Shown: positions 43,225 to 53,293, numbered from the stretch's first letter. The stretch: DNA of 64,000 bases from an uncultured Chthonomonadaceae bacterium (GCA_963835065.1 CAWIEK010000042.1:47731-111730); one strand, 5' to 3'. Notes: a model not told the origin generated them from the letters alone. Numbers and translations: made by a program.

Positions 43225-43845
43225 TTATGTCAATTGCAGCAGGAACCGATGCAGCTGCACCTGGTCTATGCGCGGCACAGAGCCGAAGCGCAGGGCGACG
43301 GCATATTCCAGAATACCGTCCGCCGTCTTGACGGGTTCTTTCAGCAGGGTGCAGCGCACCACGTGCGCTTCCGCGTGAATGATGTCTTTTTCATTCAGGG
43401 GAATGCGCAGGCCGAGCGGCGAATTGGCGCAAATCAACATGCCCACCGCCATTTTCGCGCCGCCCTGGCTGAGATCATGGATACGCCCGATCTCCAGCTT
43501 GTCTTCCGGCAAGTCTTGCATTTCCGTGAGAGTGACATTCAAGCGGTAGTGGGTTTTGATGGCGCAGTCAAAACGCTTGCTGCGGCGGCGCTGCAGCAGC
43601 TGCGGGTTGCCGATCTTGGTCACGAACATGTTATCCCGGCGATTGACGACCTGGGAGTTGCACTGGTACAAGCCGCCATCCACCGTCTGCACCAACTGTA
43701 CGCTCGCGCCCGGCACGATCAACGCCGCTTCCTTGGGGTCTACCGAGATAAGCAGATGCTGGCCGTCACTGTGTCGAATCGTGGCGGGCAAGCGGACCTC
43801 TTCGGGCATGAGGGTAACTTCAACAAATTCCGATGCGTCGAACAT
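43225..43845 (-). CDS. YcgR-like flagellar-brake / PilZ domain protein
   Basis: N-terminal beta domain, QRRRSKR, DLSQGG. Confidence 0.82.
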   Translation of the reverse strand: MFDASEFVEVTLMPEEVRLPATIRHSDGQHLLISVDPKEAALIVPGASVQLVQTVDGGLYQCNSQVVNRRDNMFVTKIGNPQLLQRRRSKRFDCAIKTHYRLNVTLTEMQDLPEDKLEIGRIHDLSQGGAKMAVGMLICANSPLGLRIPLNEKDIIHAEAHVVRCTLLKEPVKTADGILEYAVALRFGSVPRIDQVQLHRFLLQLT

Positions 43846-43890
43846 AGTGGTTGGTTTCCAATTTGCTGCACTTCTGCCGTGTTCGGTAAA

Positions 43891-43917
43891 TTATCGGCTT
43901 GCAATGGCGGCGAGTAC
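43891..43917 (-). promoter_or_regulatory. Candidate sigma-28 (FliA/SigD) promoter
   Basis: Perfect GCCGATAA -10 at 43898-43891, 45 nt upstream of the PilZ gene; -35 is poor. Confidence 0.5.
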
Positions 43918-44101
43918 AGGTTTGGAATGGGAAAAGATTGGGATAAAGGAATTCTGGAAGATAAAAAAATTGGAAACGAGGCGATTGAGATGAAAATGAG
44001 ACGGGACAAAGTAGAGGGTTAAAAGTCAGGCTTGATAAAGTTGGGGTTGAAGAGTTGAGTAAAAAGAATTTTGGAAGGTTTTGAAGGAAGTTTTGCGCGG
44101 T

Positions 44102-44771
44102 TTAATGTGGGGCGCGAATCATCAGCAGTGACACCCATCTCTGGCGACCATTGGAACGCGGAGGGCGTGGTTCGGGAGAATGGAGGCGGAAGCCCATGCG
44201 TTCGTAGAGCCGCCTGGCGCCCGCATTGCTTTGCAGCACGTGCAGGGCCATGCGCCCTCTGCCACGCGCCTGCGCCCATTGCAGCGCGTCCTGGAGCAGC
44301 AGCGTGCCGACGCCCCGGCCCCGTTCCCGCGCATCTACGGCCAGCGCTTCCACGTAAACAAGATCATCGCCTTTGGGAATACGACTGCTGATGGCAAAAT
44401 GGGCGAACACTCCGCCCGTAAACGCCCGGAGGCCCTTCCAAAATCCGGCCTGCGCCTGCGTCACCTGCCAGTAAGTTCGCAAGGTTCCCCTGCCGATGGG
44501 CTGGCCCAGATGCAGAATGATGACGCCTACCGTCCTGCCGTCGCTGCTCCGCGAGGCGAGTCGTTTCCAACGACAACGTGCCTGCCCGGTAAAGAGCGCG
44601 CAGTAAAGAGGCGGTCTGGACGTCAGAAAGCCGCCCGAATATCCAGTGGTACAAGGCGGGAAACGCTTCCGCCAAAATCTCACCCACGCGCCGCGCATCC
44701 TCCGCTGTCGCGGGGCGAATATGAAGGGGCGTTTCCACTGCGCTTGCGTCAGGCTGTTCCATTTCGTTCAT
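44102..44771 (-). CDS. GNAT N-acetyltransferase (frameshift near 44545)
   Basis: IRPATAED in frame 1; LAVDARERGRGVGTLL, N.GARRLYERMGF in frame 2. Confidence 0.85.
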
Positions 44772-44874
44772 GTCTATTGTTCTCCATCGCGTGGTTCTCC
44801 TTTGTTCTCATTTTACCAGCAACGCTATTCAACATGCGCGGGGTAACATTAATTTACGAAGCGACTGCCCTCCC

Positions 44875-44900
44875 GTGACTTTTCCCGGTTCTGCCGTCTC
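44875..44900 (+). promoter_or_regulatory. Candidate ECF-type autoregulatory promoter
   Basis: GTGAC...CGTC bipartite motif ~40 nt upstream of the ECF sigma gene. Confidence 0.4.
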
Positions 44901-44940
44901 TAACACAGTGAACGAGTTTTTTCCATAAAGGCGACAAGCA

Positions 44941-45498
44941 GTGGAGCGATCTATCGGAGTGGGCACATTCCCGCAAATCAGGGCTGTGGAAGAGCAGCAA
45001 TGGCTTGACGCCGCGCGGCAGGGCGAAACATGGGCGCTGGAACGGTTTTTCCACGTCTACCAGCCGTCCGTATACGCCCTGTGCTATCGCATGTTAGGCC
45101 GCGCCGAAGACGCCGAGGATGCGGCGCAGGCCGCGTTTGTCAGCGCGTTTGCCGGCTTGCCGAAGTTTCGGGCAGACAGTGAAATCAAAACCTGGCTGTA
45201 CCGTATCGCGGTCAATGAAGCGTTGAGCATTTTACGGAAGCGCAAAAACGCGCCTGTCGAACTCGATGAGTCCTTTCCGGGTGGCGAGGAACACCTGCAA
45301 ATTCAGGACCGTCTCGCCATGCAGCGCGCGCTGGCCGCGCTGAAACCGGAGCATCGCGTGATTCTGGCGCTGCGGTTCTGGGAAGAGTTGAGTTATGAAG
45401 AGATTGCCGCCGTGCTGAACGCGCCCCTGCCGACGGTGAAAATGCGGCTTGCCCGCGCCCGCCAACAGTTCCAAAAGCAGTACGAAGCGCAAACATAA
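44941..45498 (+). CDS. ECF RNA polymerase sigma factor
   Basis: DAEDAAQ, KTWLYRIAVN, LSYEEIA, TVKMRL.RAR. Confidence 0.95.
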   Translation: MERSIGVGTFPQIRAVEEQQWLDAARQGETWALERFFHVYQPSVYALCYRMLGRAEDAEDAAQAAFVSAFAGLPKFRADSEIKTWLYRIAVNEALSILRKRKNAPVELDESFPGGEEHLQIQDRLAMQRALAALKPEHRVILALRFWEELSYEEIAAVLNAPLPTVKMRLARARQQFQKQYEAQT

Positions 45499-45549
45499 AA
45501 AGGCGCATTTCTTTGAGAGTTTAAGTTTGCGGATATTAAAGGTACAAGC

Positions 45550-46722
45550 ATGACCAGTCAATGGCACAACCGGCGGATGCAAACGACATTACAGCGCTAC
45601 CATAACGGTGAACTGGCCGGCGCGACGGCGCGGCGTTTGGAAACGCACCTGTCGCATTGCGCCTCGTGCCGCGCTGCGCTGCAAGCGTGGCAGGAGGCAG
45701 AGCAAGCGCTAAGGCAATCCTCCTGCCGCCATGCGCCTGCCTTGCAAAATCCGTCTGCGATGTTGGCGGCGGTGTTGGCGCAAACGCAGGCGCAAACAAG
45801 ACGGCGCAGGCAAGTTCGACAACGGCAAAGCGTGGCTGTGTTCACCACAGCCGTCGCCGCGTGTGGCTGCTGGCTGTTGCTGACGGCAAATCATGGCAGG
45901 CGGGAAGGGGCAGGACATTTCAACAACGACTTTGCAGCCTCAAGTTTGCAGCAAGAACGAACAAGAGGATCAATTACAAGGCAGAAATCAGGCGCAAAGC
46001 ACGAGGCGAATGGCGCGTTTCGCAGTGTTTCCGCCGACGTTATGCCACGTGCCCACAACCAGCGCAATGTTGACCGTCTGCGGACACCCCGCCGAAAATT
46101 TACAGCCGAGCGCATAGCGCTGATAAACGTTCGCCACCCTTCCCGCAAACACAACAAAACCACCCGGCAAATGAGGATTGCCGCAGCGGTATCGCGCCAC
46201 AGAAAATTCCGTCTGTCGTCAGCAAGTTCCGCGTCCCTGATTGCGGAAGCGCTGCGCAAGGCAGGCGCGGCAGAACGTGTTGCCGATGTGATGGCGCAAC
46301 ACGAATTCATCGCCTTGCGAATGGAGGCGCAGACTTTCGTGCAGGATATTCACGCCCCGTCTTCAGGAGCGCATTTGTTGGTCGCCGTCAACGCGGGACC
46401 TGACAAAAATCGCATAAGCAACGGACTTATGCCTGTCGCGTCACTCCCGGAAATACAGGCGTCCCACGACACTTCCAGCCTCGCGGCGGCCACATTCTCA
46501 CAGAATGATCTTGCAGGAACACAGGTCTGGAACTATTGCGACATTGAGCAAAACGGCAGGAGCGCGACAACCCTGCGCTACGCCGCCATGCGGCATTACG
46601 GACAAACCCCGGCGGCAATTCTGACCGTCACAACGGAAACCATTCCGCCAAAGATCACCCGACTGGAATCGCCCCAACAGGAACCTGTTCCGGGGGAAAC
46701 GTTACAGGGAGAAAAGAAATGA
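45550..46722 (+). CDS. Zinc-finger (ZAS/zf-HC2) anti-sigma factor
   Basis: HLSHCASC followed by a TM segment; follows the ECF sigma. Confidence 0.8.
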   Translation: MTSQWHNRRMQTTLQRYHNGELAGATARRLETHLSHCASCRAALQAWQEAEQALRQSSCRHAPALQNPSAMLAAVLAQTQAQTRRRRQVRQRQSVAVFTTAVAACGCWLLLTANHGRREGAGHFNNDFAASSLQQERTRGSITRQKSGAKHEANGAFRSVSADVMPRAHNQRNVDRLRTPRRKFTAERIALINVRHPSRKHNKTTRQMRIAAAVSRHRKFRLSSASSASLIAEALRKAGAAERVADVMAQHEFIALRMEAQTFVQDIHAPSSGAHLLVAVNAGPDKNRISNGLMPVASLPEIQASHDTSSLAAATFSQNDLAGTQVWNYCDIEQNGRSATTLRYAAMRHYGQTPAAILTVTTETIPPKITRLESPQQEPVPGETLQGEKK

Positions 46723-48110
46723 ATCAACACAAGGCAATTACGCGCGTTGGTTTGGGATTGCTGCTTTTGCTGCCGCCGCATGTTGCCGCCGCGCAGGGTG
46801 TCGGCGGTCCCCCAGTGAGCAGTGACGCACATTCGGAGGAAAATTCCGACGCCCCCGCTTTGAACTGGTATTTCCAACGCCCGGACTCGCGACTGGCAGG
46901 CCAGTACGATTACAGCAGCGCTGCCCGGCTGTCGGCAGCGTTGAAGTTGGACCAGCGCGGCAAAAACCTTACCACGCCCATAGATATACAATTAAGCAAG
47001 GCTACGCTCCAACAGGCTCTCAGCGCCCTGGCGAAAGAGTCCGGCTTGTCTCTCACTGTGGATGCCGGTTTTACCGGGGACAAGCGCCTGACTATTGACG
47101 CGCACAACGTGCCGGTGGCTACCGTATTGGAAGCGATTGCGCAGCAGACGAGTTTGATGATTGCGCCGGACGGCATGGGCGTTACGCTCAAACTGTGGCC
47201 TTCCATTAACATCAACGGGCAGAAGAGCAGTTATCGGGGGCAGTACGCACCCTGGTCGGATGAGTGGGTAGTCACTAAAAATCCGGCTGTCCCAGCACCA
47301 CTTAAAACGGGCGGGGGAGGTGGCGGGATTGGAGGTGGCGGGTTCGGCGGTGGCGGGTTTGGCGGCGGTGGAGGCGCTTTCGGTGGAGGGGGTGGATCTG
47401 GCAGCGGATTAGGAGGAGCGCAGGGCAGTACGCCAGGCAATGACCCGACTGCGCCCAAGAGTAACACGAATACGATTAATCGGAAATTCCAAAATCAGAT
47501 TACGACCTTCGACAATCCCTATGCTAATGCTACCCTGGGAGGAACGCGCCTGATTTCGCCCCCGGCGGTCTATAACAATACTGCCAGGAGTCCGTTCGTA
47601 TCCACGCCGCTTTTTAGCGAACAGATGGGAGCGTCCAACACCGCGCCGCTTTCCATGACTATTTCGGGGGACAGGCTGGCAATCGCGGAACCGACAACAG
47701 GACCCAACGGCGTTTTGGGATACAAAATCACGATGTACGCCCTGTCCGGCAATCAACTAAAAATGGTGGGCAGCGTGTTCCATGCCGCCGCGCGCAACGG
47801 TTCGGGGAGTGGAATAAAAACGCCTGCTGCGCCAAACCGAGCCTTCGGGGGTGGCTTCGGCGGCGGTCAGGGTGGTGGGTTTGGCGGTCAGGGTGGCGGT
47901 GGCTTTGGTGGCGGCAGTGAAGGTGGGTTTGGCGGCGGTGGGGGCTTTAGCGGTGGAGGCTTGGGCAGCGGCAATGGCGGCGGACTTGGTAACAGCAATG
48001 GTGGAGGCTTGGGCAGCGGCAATGGTGGTGGACTTGGCGGCGGGAGTTTGGGGGGCGGGGAAGCCCCGGCGAAACCTGTGGCTCCTCCCAAAGATGGCGG
48101 CAAGCCGTGA
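46719..48110 (+). CDS. Secreted Gly-rich protein with STN-like (secretin/TonB short N-terminal) domain
   Basis: Signal peptide; IDIQLSKATLQQALSALAKESGLSLTVD...LTIDAHNVPVATVLEAI; GGGFGG repeats; ATGA overlap. Confidence 0.7.
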   Translation: MNQHKAITRVGLGLLLLLPPHVAAAQGVGGPPVSSDAHSEENSDAPALNWYFQRPDSRLAGQYDYSSAARLSAALKLDQRGKNLTTPIDIQLSKATLQQALSALAKESGLSLTVDAGFTGDKRLTIDAHNVPVATVLEAIAQQTSLMIAPDGMGVTLKLWPSININGQKSSYRGQYAPWSDEWVVTKNPAVPAPLKTGGGGGGIGGGGFGGGGFGGGGGAFGGGGGSGSGLGGAQGSTPGNDPTAPKSNTNTINRKFQNQITTFDNPYANATLGGTRLISPPAVYNNTARSPFVSTPLFSEQMGASNTAPLSMTISGDRLAIAEPTTGPNGVLGYKITMYALSGNQLKMVGSVFHAAARNGSGSGIKTPAAPNRAFGGGFGGGQGGGFGGQGGGGFGGGSEGGFGGGGGFSGGGLGSGNGGGLGNSNGGGLGSGNGGGLGGGSLGGGEAPAKPVAPPKDGGKP

Positions 48111-48119
48111 AACTGAAAT

Positions 48120-49052
48120 CTACCTTACTGCCGCTTCCAGCAAAGTGAGCGTTCGGTTGGTGGCGTCCAGGCGGGCTTGTACGCCCAGAGGAAGCGTGAG
48201 CGGATTGGGTTCGTGGCCGAAGGGAAAGCCGGCAAGCGCAGGCTTTCCCAATGGCGTGAAAAAGTCCTGCCAGAGCGCGTCCGGCGTGTTGGTGGGCGGA
48301 TCGGCCTCCTGCTGCTGCCAGCGCGTAATCGCGCCGATGACAAACCCTGTTGCTCCATCAAATGCGCCTGCGTTGCGCAGTTGCGTCAAATCGCGGTCTA
48401 CCCGGTAAATGGCTTCCCCGACATCTTCCAGCAGCACGATTTTGCCGTTGAAATTCGGCTGATAGCGAGAACCGCAGGCGTGGGAAAGCAGGCAGATGCA
48501 GCCGCCCGCAAGCGCGCCCTCGGCCACTCCGGGCACAATGGTTTGCATAGCATCTGGAATTGTCGGCAGGATTCCCAAAGGTTCCGGTTGTTCCAGGCTG
48601 CGCCAGAAAACCTCGGATGCCTGCGCGTCCAGGTTCCGCAGGGACGTGGCGTTGGGGCTGTGGAAGGTGATGCCGTCGGTAATGTGGCTCAGAACAAGAT
48701 GCAGGCTGGTAATGTCGCTGTAGCCCGTGAAGATTTTGGGATTGGCGCGCAGTACGTCTGTGTCCAGCAGGTCGAACAGCCGCATGGCTCCATAGCCGCC
48801 CCGCGCGGCAAAAACCGCCTTTACATCCGGGCGGGCAAACATCTGGTTCAGGTCATGGGCGCGCTGCGCATCCGTGCCTGCTAAATAGGCGTTGCCAGGC
48901 ATGGACGCCAACACATGTTCGCCAACCACCACGCGATACCCCCGCGCCGTAATCAGCGCAATGGCCTGTTCCAAATCCGCCGGCTTCACCGGGCCGGACG
49001 GCGCGACAATGCCAATCGTGTCGCCCTGCTGTAAACGCGCGCATTGCCGCAA
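48120..49052 (-). CDS. LD-carboxypeptidase (S66)
   Basis: IVAPS, ARGGYG, GYSDIT, LLEDVGE, PFGH. Confidence 0.93.
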   Translation of the reverse strand: MRQCARLQQGDTIGIVAPSGPVKPADLEQAIALITARGYRVVVGEHVLASMPGNAYLAGTDAQRAHDLNQMFARPDVKAVFAARGGYGAMRLFDLLDTDVLRANPKIFTGYSDITSLHLVLSHITDGITFHSPNATSLRNLDAQASEVFWRSLEQPEPLGILPTIPDAMQTIVPGVAEGALAGGCICLLSHACGSRYQPNFNGKIVLLEDVGEAIYRVDRDLTQLRNAGAFDGATGFVIGAITRWQQQEADPPTNTPDALWQDFFTPLGKPALAGFPFGHEPNPLTLPLGVQARLDATNRTLTLLEAAVR

Positions 49053-49073
49053 AGTTTGTTCTCCTCAAAAAAA

Positions 49074-50123
49074 TTAGTTTGCGGACGCTTGTTTATCCGA
49101 CTGCGCTTTGCGCTGCCCAAGATGGGTAATAAAAAACGTCTGCATGTCGAAAATGGCGGTCGGGTTGAGGACGTGGCCGGATGCCCACCGCTTGACCTGC
49201 GTGGCTTCATCGGCGTGTGCCGCTTTAATCAAGGCTTCCGACGCTTCCGGCGGAATGATTTCGTCGTATTTGGCGACGATGATGAGCAAAGGACGATTGC
49301 CGATGCGTCCAATATAATGGATGGGATCGGTAATGTTGGCGATGTCTTCCACTTTCTGCATCAAATCAGGCGTCTGCTTGAGGGGCCAATGCGCTTTCAG
49401 AACCGGGTATTTGTCAATGTTCCTGACGATATCCACAATCCCGCCACCCGGCACGGCCAGGCAAAACGGCCCGATGCGCTCTTCCACGCCAACAACCACC
49501 GAACCCAGCATCGCGCCCTGCGAAAAGCCTAAATAGCCGATTTTACCCCCATCTATGTCGGGGCGGCTTTGCAGATAATCTACCGCGCGGCGAACGTCAA
49601 TCACGCTTTGCACCCAGGCGTCGCGCATGGCGTAGGAGTCGGGCATGTGGATTTCGCCGCTGCGTCCGGGCCGCGTCCGCCCGCCGTGATATTGCGTATC
49701 AATGGACAGGGTCGCATAGCCGCGCTGACACAAATTCGCGCTTGCCAGCGTGATGTACGACGTATCTTTATGCCCGCCCGAACCGTGTACCAGAATCACG
49801 GCGGGATAGGGCGGCGCAAAGTGTTTCGGCAGGGCAAGGATGGCCGTCACCGTCTGGTCATGCGCGCTGTCGTAGGTCAATCCCTGCCGCGTCCAATACG
49901 TGTACTTATCGGGCATGGGCGCAAGCGTGGCGTTGAGCGGCAGTCCGGCATCGTATTTATAAAAATCGAGGCGCAGGGCTTCCGCGGCGTCTGCCGGGGG
50001 CGGCAGCGTAAACCGGGCGACGTCCTGCGCCACAACTGCATTTTGCGCCACAGCCATATTTCGCGCCGTCAACATCGCGCAAACCACAAACATTCCTATT
50101 ATCCAAAAACGCATTTTTGCCAT
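49074..50123 (-). CDS. Secreted alpha/beta hydrolase (esterase-like)
   Basis: PAVILVHG, RRAVDYL, GFSQG nucleophile, DEIIP, SGH. Confidence 0.88.
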   Translation of the reverse strand: MAKMRFWIIGMFVVCAMLTARNMAVAQNAVVAQDVARFTLPPPADAAEALRLDFYKYDAGLPLNATLAPMPDKYTYWTRQGLTYDSAHDQTVTAILALPKHFAPPYPAVILVHGSGGHKDTSYITLASANLCQRGYATLSIDTQYHGGRTRPGRSGEIHMPDSYAMRDAWVQSVIDVRRAVDYLQSRPDIDGGKIGYLGFSQGAMLGSVVVGVEERIGPFCLAVPGGGIVDIVRNIDKYPVLKAHWPLKQTPDLMQKVEDIANITDPIHYIGRIGNRPLLIIVAKYDEIIPPEASEALIKAAHADEATQVKRWASGHVLNPTAIFDMQTFFITHLGQRKAQSDKQASAN

Positions 50124-50311
50124 GCGAAAAACTCCTCAATCGCGTTGTATCAATATCAGTGTACACGATTTACGAGGACAGATGCAACGTTAGTACCGCC
50201 CGGCAGACCGAGTCGTGAACGACCCATCTAAAGGGCGTTCCGCCAACCGGTCTGCGACCGGAACAATTATTTTGTTGAAAGTTCATATAAGATGCGTGGA
50301 GGCAACGCCTG

Positions 50312-50959
50312 ATGACTGCTTCACCCATACCTATTGTGCTCGCAATGGACAATGCCGACTTTCGGCAGGAAGTGGAAGCCGCTTTGCGGCAACGCGGCAC
50401 TGTGCCCGAACGTGTGGGCACTTCATCTGAGACATACCATCTCACTCCCGAACAGCGCGTCAACAGCCTGATTCTGCTGGAAACCAACGATGATGTGGGG
50501 CGTTTGGTGCAGGTTGTCAACGATCTGTACCGCTCGCCTTATCATCCCGGTGGCATGGTGTGGGTAATCTGTATCGCGTCCGAACAAGCCTTGCTGCAAA
50601 ACTCAAGTTTAAGCTGGTGGCTGATTGACGGCCATGCCGCCGTATTCTGCGTGTGGTCACACCCAATGGTTGTGCCGCAACTGAATAATGTTCTCAATCG
50701 TTTTGAACGGGAATACGAACCTGCGGAGCCGATTTCCCTGTCGTCCTATGAGGAACTGGTAACAGCGATTGTGGAACATCCCAATGAGGGCGCACCTTTG
50801 CTGAACCTTGCGAAACGTCTGATGGTGTGGCAGGACGATCACCAGATGAGCCGGGAAATACGCCTTGCGCTGCTGCGCCACGCCGCCCGCCTGATGCCGG
50901 ACAATGAAGAAGCAAACGCTCTGCTGGCAGAGGCGCAGGCAGGGAAGCGTTCACAGTAG
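50312..50959 (+). CDS. Hypothetical protein
   Basis: 215-aa ORF with GGAGG RBS filling the gap. Confidence 0.65.
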   Translation: MTASPIPIVLAMDNADFRQEVEAALRQRGTVPERVGTSSETYHLTPEQRVNSLILLETNDDVGRLVQVVNDLYRSPYHPGGMVWVICIASEQALLQNSSLSWWLIDGHAAVFCVWSHPMVVPQLNNVLNRFEREYEPAEPISLSSYEELVTAIVEHPNEGAPLLNLAKRLMVWQDDHQMSREIRLALLRHAARLMPDNEEANALLAEAQAGKRSQ

Positions 50960-51037
50960 GTATTCGGGGTTCGTTTGTAACTCTCGGTGACTCCTCTGTG
51001 TCTCTGTGTCTCTGTGGTTTAAACGTATTTATTGCGG

Positions 51038-51703
51038 CTACCAGTTGTCGCGGAAGCGTTCTTCCGTCCACGGGTCGCCGTGCATGTGGTAGCCGCCCCG
51101 TTCCCAAAATCCTGCCCGGTCATGTTCGACCAGTTCGATGCCGCGTACCCATTTCGCGCTTTTCCACGCATACAGGCGCGGCACGACAAGACGCAATGGC
51201 CCGCCATGCTCCGCGTCAATCGGCTGGCCGTCATGCGTGTCTGCGAACAGGCAATCCTCATGCAGAAACTCTTCCAGGGGCATGTTGGTGGACCAGCCCT
51301 TGTCGTAGCCCGACGCGAGGACAAAACGCGCGTTCGGTTGTATGCCCGCGCGGTTCAAAATCTCCCGCGTGGTGACGCCCTCCCACAAATTGCTCAGGCG
51401 CGACCAGCGCGTGACGCAGTGCATGTCGGCAAACACTTTGACGCGGGGCAATTTGCGAAACTCCTCCCACGTAAACTCTAAAGGCGCGTTGACGAGTCCG
51501 CGGACCGTAAATTTCCACTTGTCCATGTCCATGCGCGGCGGGCCGCTGGCGTCCAGAACGGGCCATTTGCGCGTTCGCGCCTGCCGGGGCGGGATACGGT
51601 TGTCGCGCCGCGTGTCCGGGCTGATGATAACGCCTTCGGCTTGTTCTTCCGGGCGGGGCGGCAGTTCGGATTGCAGTTTCGGGTCTTGACGAAAGCCTAA
51701 CAT
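51038..51703 (-). CDS. Sulfite-oxidase-like molybdopterin oxidoreductase (YuiH-like)
   Basis: DMHCVTRWS, EHGGPLRLVVP.LYAWKSAKWV, GFWE..GYH..GDPW; AGGAG RBS before ATG 51703. Confidence 0.93.
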   Translation of the reverse strand: MLGFRQDPKLQSELPPRPEEQAEGVIISPDTRRDNRIPPRQARTRKWPVLDASGPPRMDMDKWKFTVRGLVNAPLEFTWEEFRKLPRVKVFADMHCVTRWSRLSNLWEGVTTREILNRAGIQPNARFVLASGYDKGWSTNMPLEEFLHEDCLFADTHDGQPIDAEHGGPLRLVVPRLYAWKSAKWVRGIELVEHDRAGFWERGGYHMHGDPWTEERFRDNW

Positions 51704-51717
51704 GATGGTTATTCTCC

Positions 51718-51840
51718 TAATGAGTTCGGCTTGTTGCTGCACAACCACGAGCAGGTCTTCTTTTGAAAGCGAAGGGAAAGCAGTCATACCGCTACTACGA
51801 GGCACAACGCCAAAAGATTCTCACAACCCGGAACAGGTAC
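51718..51840 (-). mobile_element. Possible truncated IS66-family left-end remnant
   Basis: Begins GTACCTGTTC, then a short reading MTAFPSLSKEDLLVVVQQQAELI resembling a transposase coiled-coil N-terminus; resemblance from memory only. Confidence 0.35.
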
Positions 51841-51996
51841 CGCGAAAAGGGTTGAGAGTTGAGGGTTGAGGGGTAACAAACGGCGAGGTTTATTATGCTC
51901 GGCAGGCCAATTGGCTGAAATTGGCATAAGGCTTTGTCGCTGTCCGTCCGACAATAAATACCAACAACCACAGGATGTGGAAGAAGGAGTAACGCT

Positions 51997-52233
51997 ATGG
52001 ACAGCCAACAAATACAACGCCTCGTACAAGAAGTCAACGCTTACCTTACCTGCAAGCAGCAGGCCGACGCGCTTTGGGAGCAGGTGGAGATGCACCTGCA
52101 AACGTCGTATCTCGCCAAGAGTTTGGGGGATGCGGAACAGGTTCCCAAACATCTGGACACGGTTGCCCGCCTGATCGTGCAGGCCAATTACGCGCAGCAG
52201 GAAGTGCAGCGGCATTTACCACCGTCGCAATGA
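51997..52233 (+). CDS. Small helical hypothetical protein
   Basis: AAGGAG RBS; 78 aa; followed by strong hairpin. Confidence 0.7.
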   Translation: MDSQQIQRLVQEVNAYLTCKQQADALWEQVEMHLQTSYLAKSLGDAEQVPKHLDTVARLIVQANYAQQEVQRHLPPSQ

Positions 52234-52267
52234 CGCGCCTGCCGCTTGATGCCGCTTCATCTTGATG

Positions 52268-52309
52268 CAGCCTCTTCCCTCGCCTTCATGAGCGCGAGGG
52301 AAGAGGCTG
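52268..52309. terminator. Strong hairpin / probable terminator
   Basis: CAGCCTCTTCCCTCGC / GCGAGGGAAGAGGCTG perfect 16-bp stem. Confidence 0.7.
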
Positions 52310-52512
52310 TAAAATCGTGTTGGGCAGATTGTGGAGTTTAGGTATATTTATGGCAAGATTTATGCCAATCTGCGTACTTCATGATCACGGTCGCTTTCTT
52401 GACTGTCAATCTGCATCAGAAATGAGAAGCGTCGGGCAACACTATGCCCGACGCTTTTTGCTTGCCATTGCCCGCAGCATATATCAACACGATAAAACGT
52501 TCACAGAGATGA

Positions 52513-52641
52513 GATTAGTCTTTGGCGGTCAGGCCGGTCAGCCATATACCTGCGCCGACAACCACATTGCCCGCAACCCACGCGAGGGAGGGGAGCAGTC
52601 CCAGGTCCACGCCCATCGGAACGGTATGGCGCAGGAACTCC
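52513..52641. repeat. 129-bp direct repeat of the S8 peptidase 3' end (partner 53483-53611)
   Basis: Identical except 52626 A / 53596 G; offset 970 nt. Confidence 0.95.
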
Positions 52642-52658
52642 TCACATAACACATAAAT

Positions 52659-53021
52659 TCAGGGGTTCACAACTACCTGACCACCATTGACGAATCGCGT
52701 GATTAGCTCGTTATCAGCAAGCAAAGCCGTGCCAAGTAAAGGGCGTACTCCCGTCGCCAATACATTCACATTACGCTCAACGCCGTGCCAGAGTATCGTT
52801 GCAGCATGTACAGCCACGACATCATGGCTGTTGTTTGCCAAACTGATGGGCAAATCATACTTAAAAGGAAGGCCCAACGCCGCCACTGCCGCAGGAGGCA
52901 ACGTCAAAAAGTCCATGAAGCCCGTATCAATCACAAAGTCAATACTGAAATCAGGTCTCCCGATTAACCGGAGAATAATCGGCAACATGGCATGAAGATT
53001 TGCAATGTATCCTACCATCAT
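52659..53021 (-). CDS. Clan AA (retropepsin-like) aspartic protease, AF_0612-like
   Basis: FVIDTGF...LTLP...LGL, PLLGTALL; single-domain, 120 aa. Confidence 0.88.
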   Translation of the reverse strand: MMVGYIANLHAMLPIILRLIGRPDFSIDFVIDTGFMDFLTLPPAAVAALGLPFKYDLPISLANNSHDVVAVHAATILWHGVERNVNVLATGVRPLLGTALLADNELITRFVNGGQVVVNP

Positions 53022-53293
53022 AGCGTTGTGCGCTCCATGACGCCACCAATAGTGGTCGCAACATTGTAGCCAATCCGAATACCATAAAATCTGCCATCTG
53101 CGTGTCTGTCCCGCAGTTGTTGCGTTGCCACAATAGCAAGGTCATCCCCGACTTCGTAGTCACCGCTATCTATGTCAATAATGACCATTTTGCCGATGTT
53201 GGCCTCGGTTTCCACCTGTTGCCGGATATGCTGCCGATACAATTCCTCGCCCCGGCGTCCGACTTCTTGACGGCTAAGATTTAGTTGATGCAT
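53018..53293 (-). CDS. Small partner protein (DUF5678-like) coupled to the protease
   Basis: GEELY...GKMVIIDIDSGDYEV...RIGY; GAGGAG RBS; ATGA overlap with protease. Confidence 0.75.
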   Translation of the reverse strand: MHQLNLSRQEVGRRGEELYRQHIRQQVETEANIGKMVIIDIDSGDYEVGDDLAIVATQQLRDRHADGRFYGIRIGYNVATTIGGVMERTTL

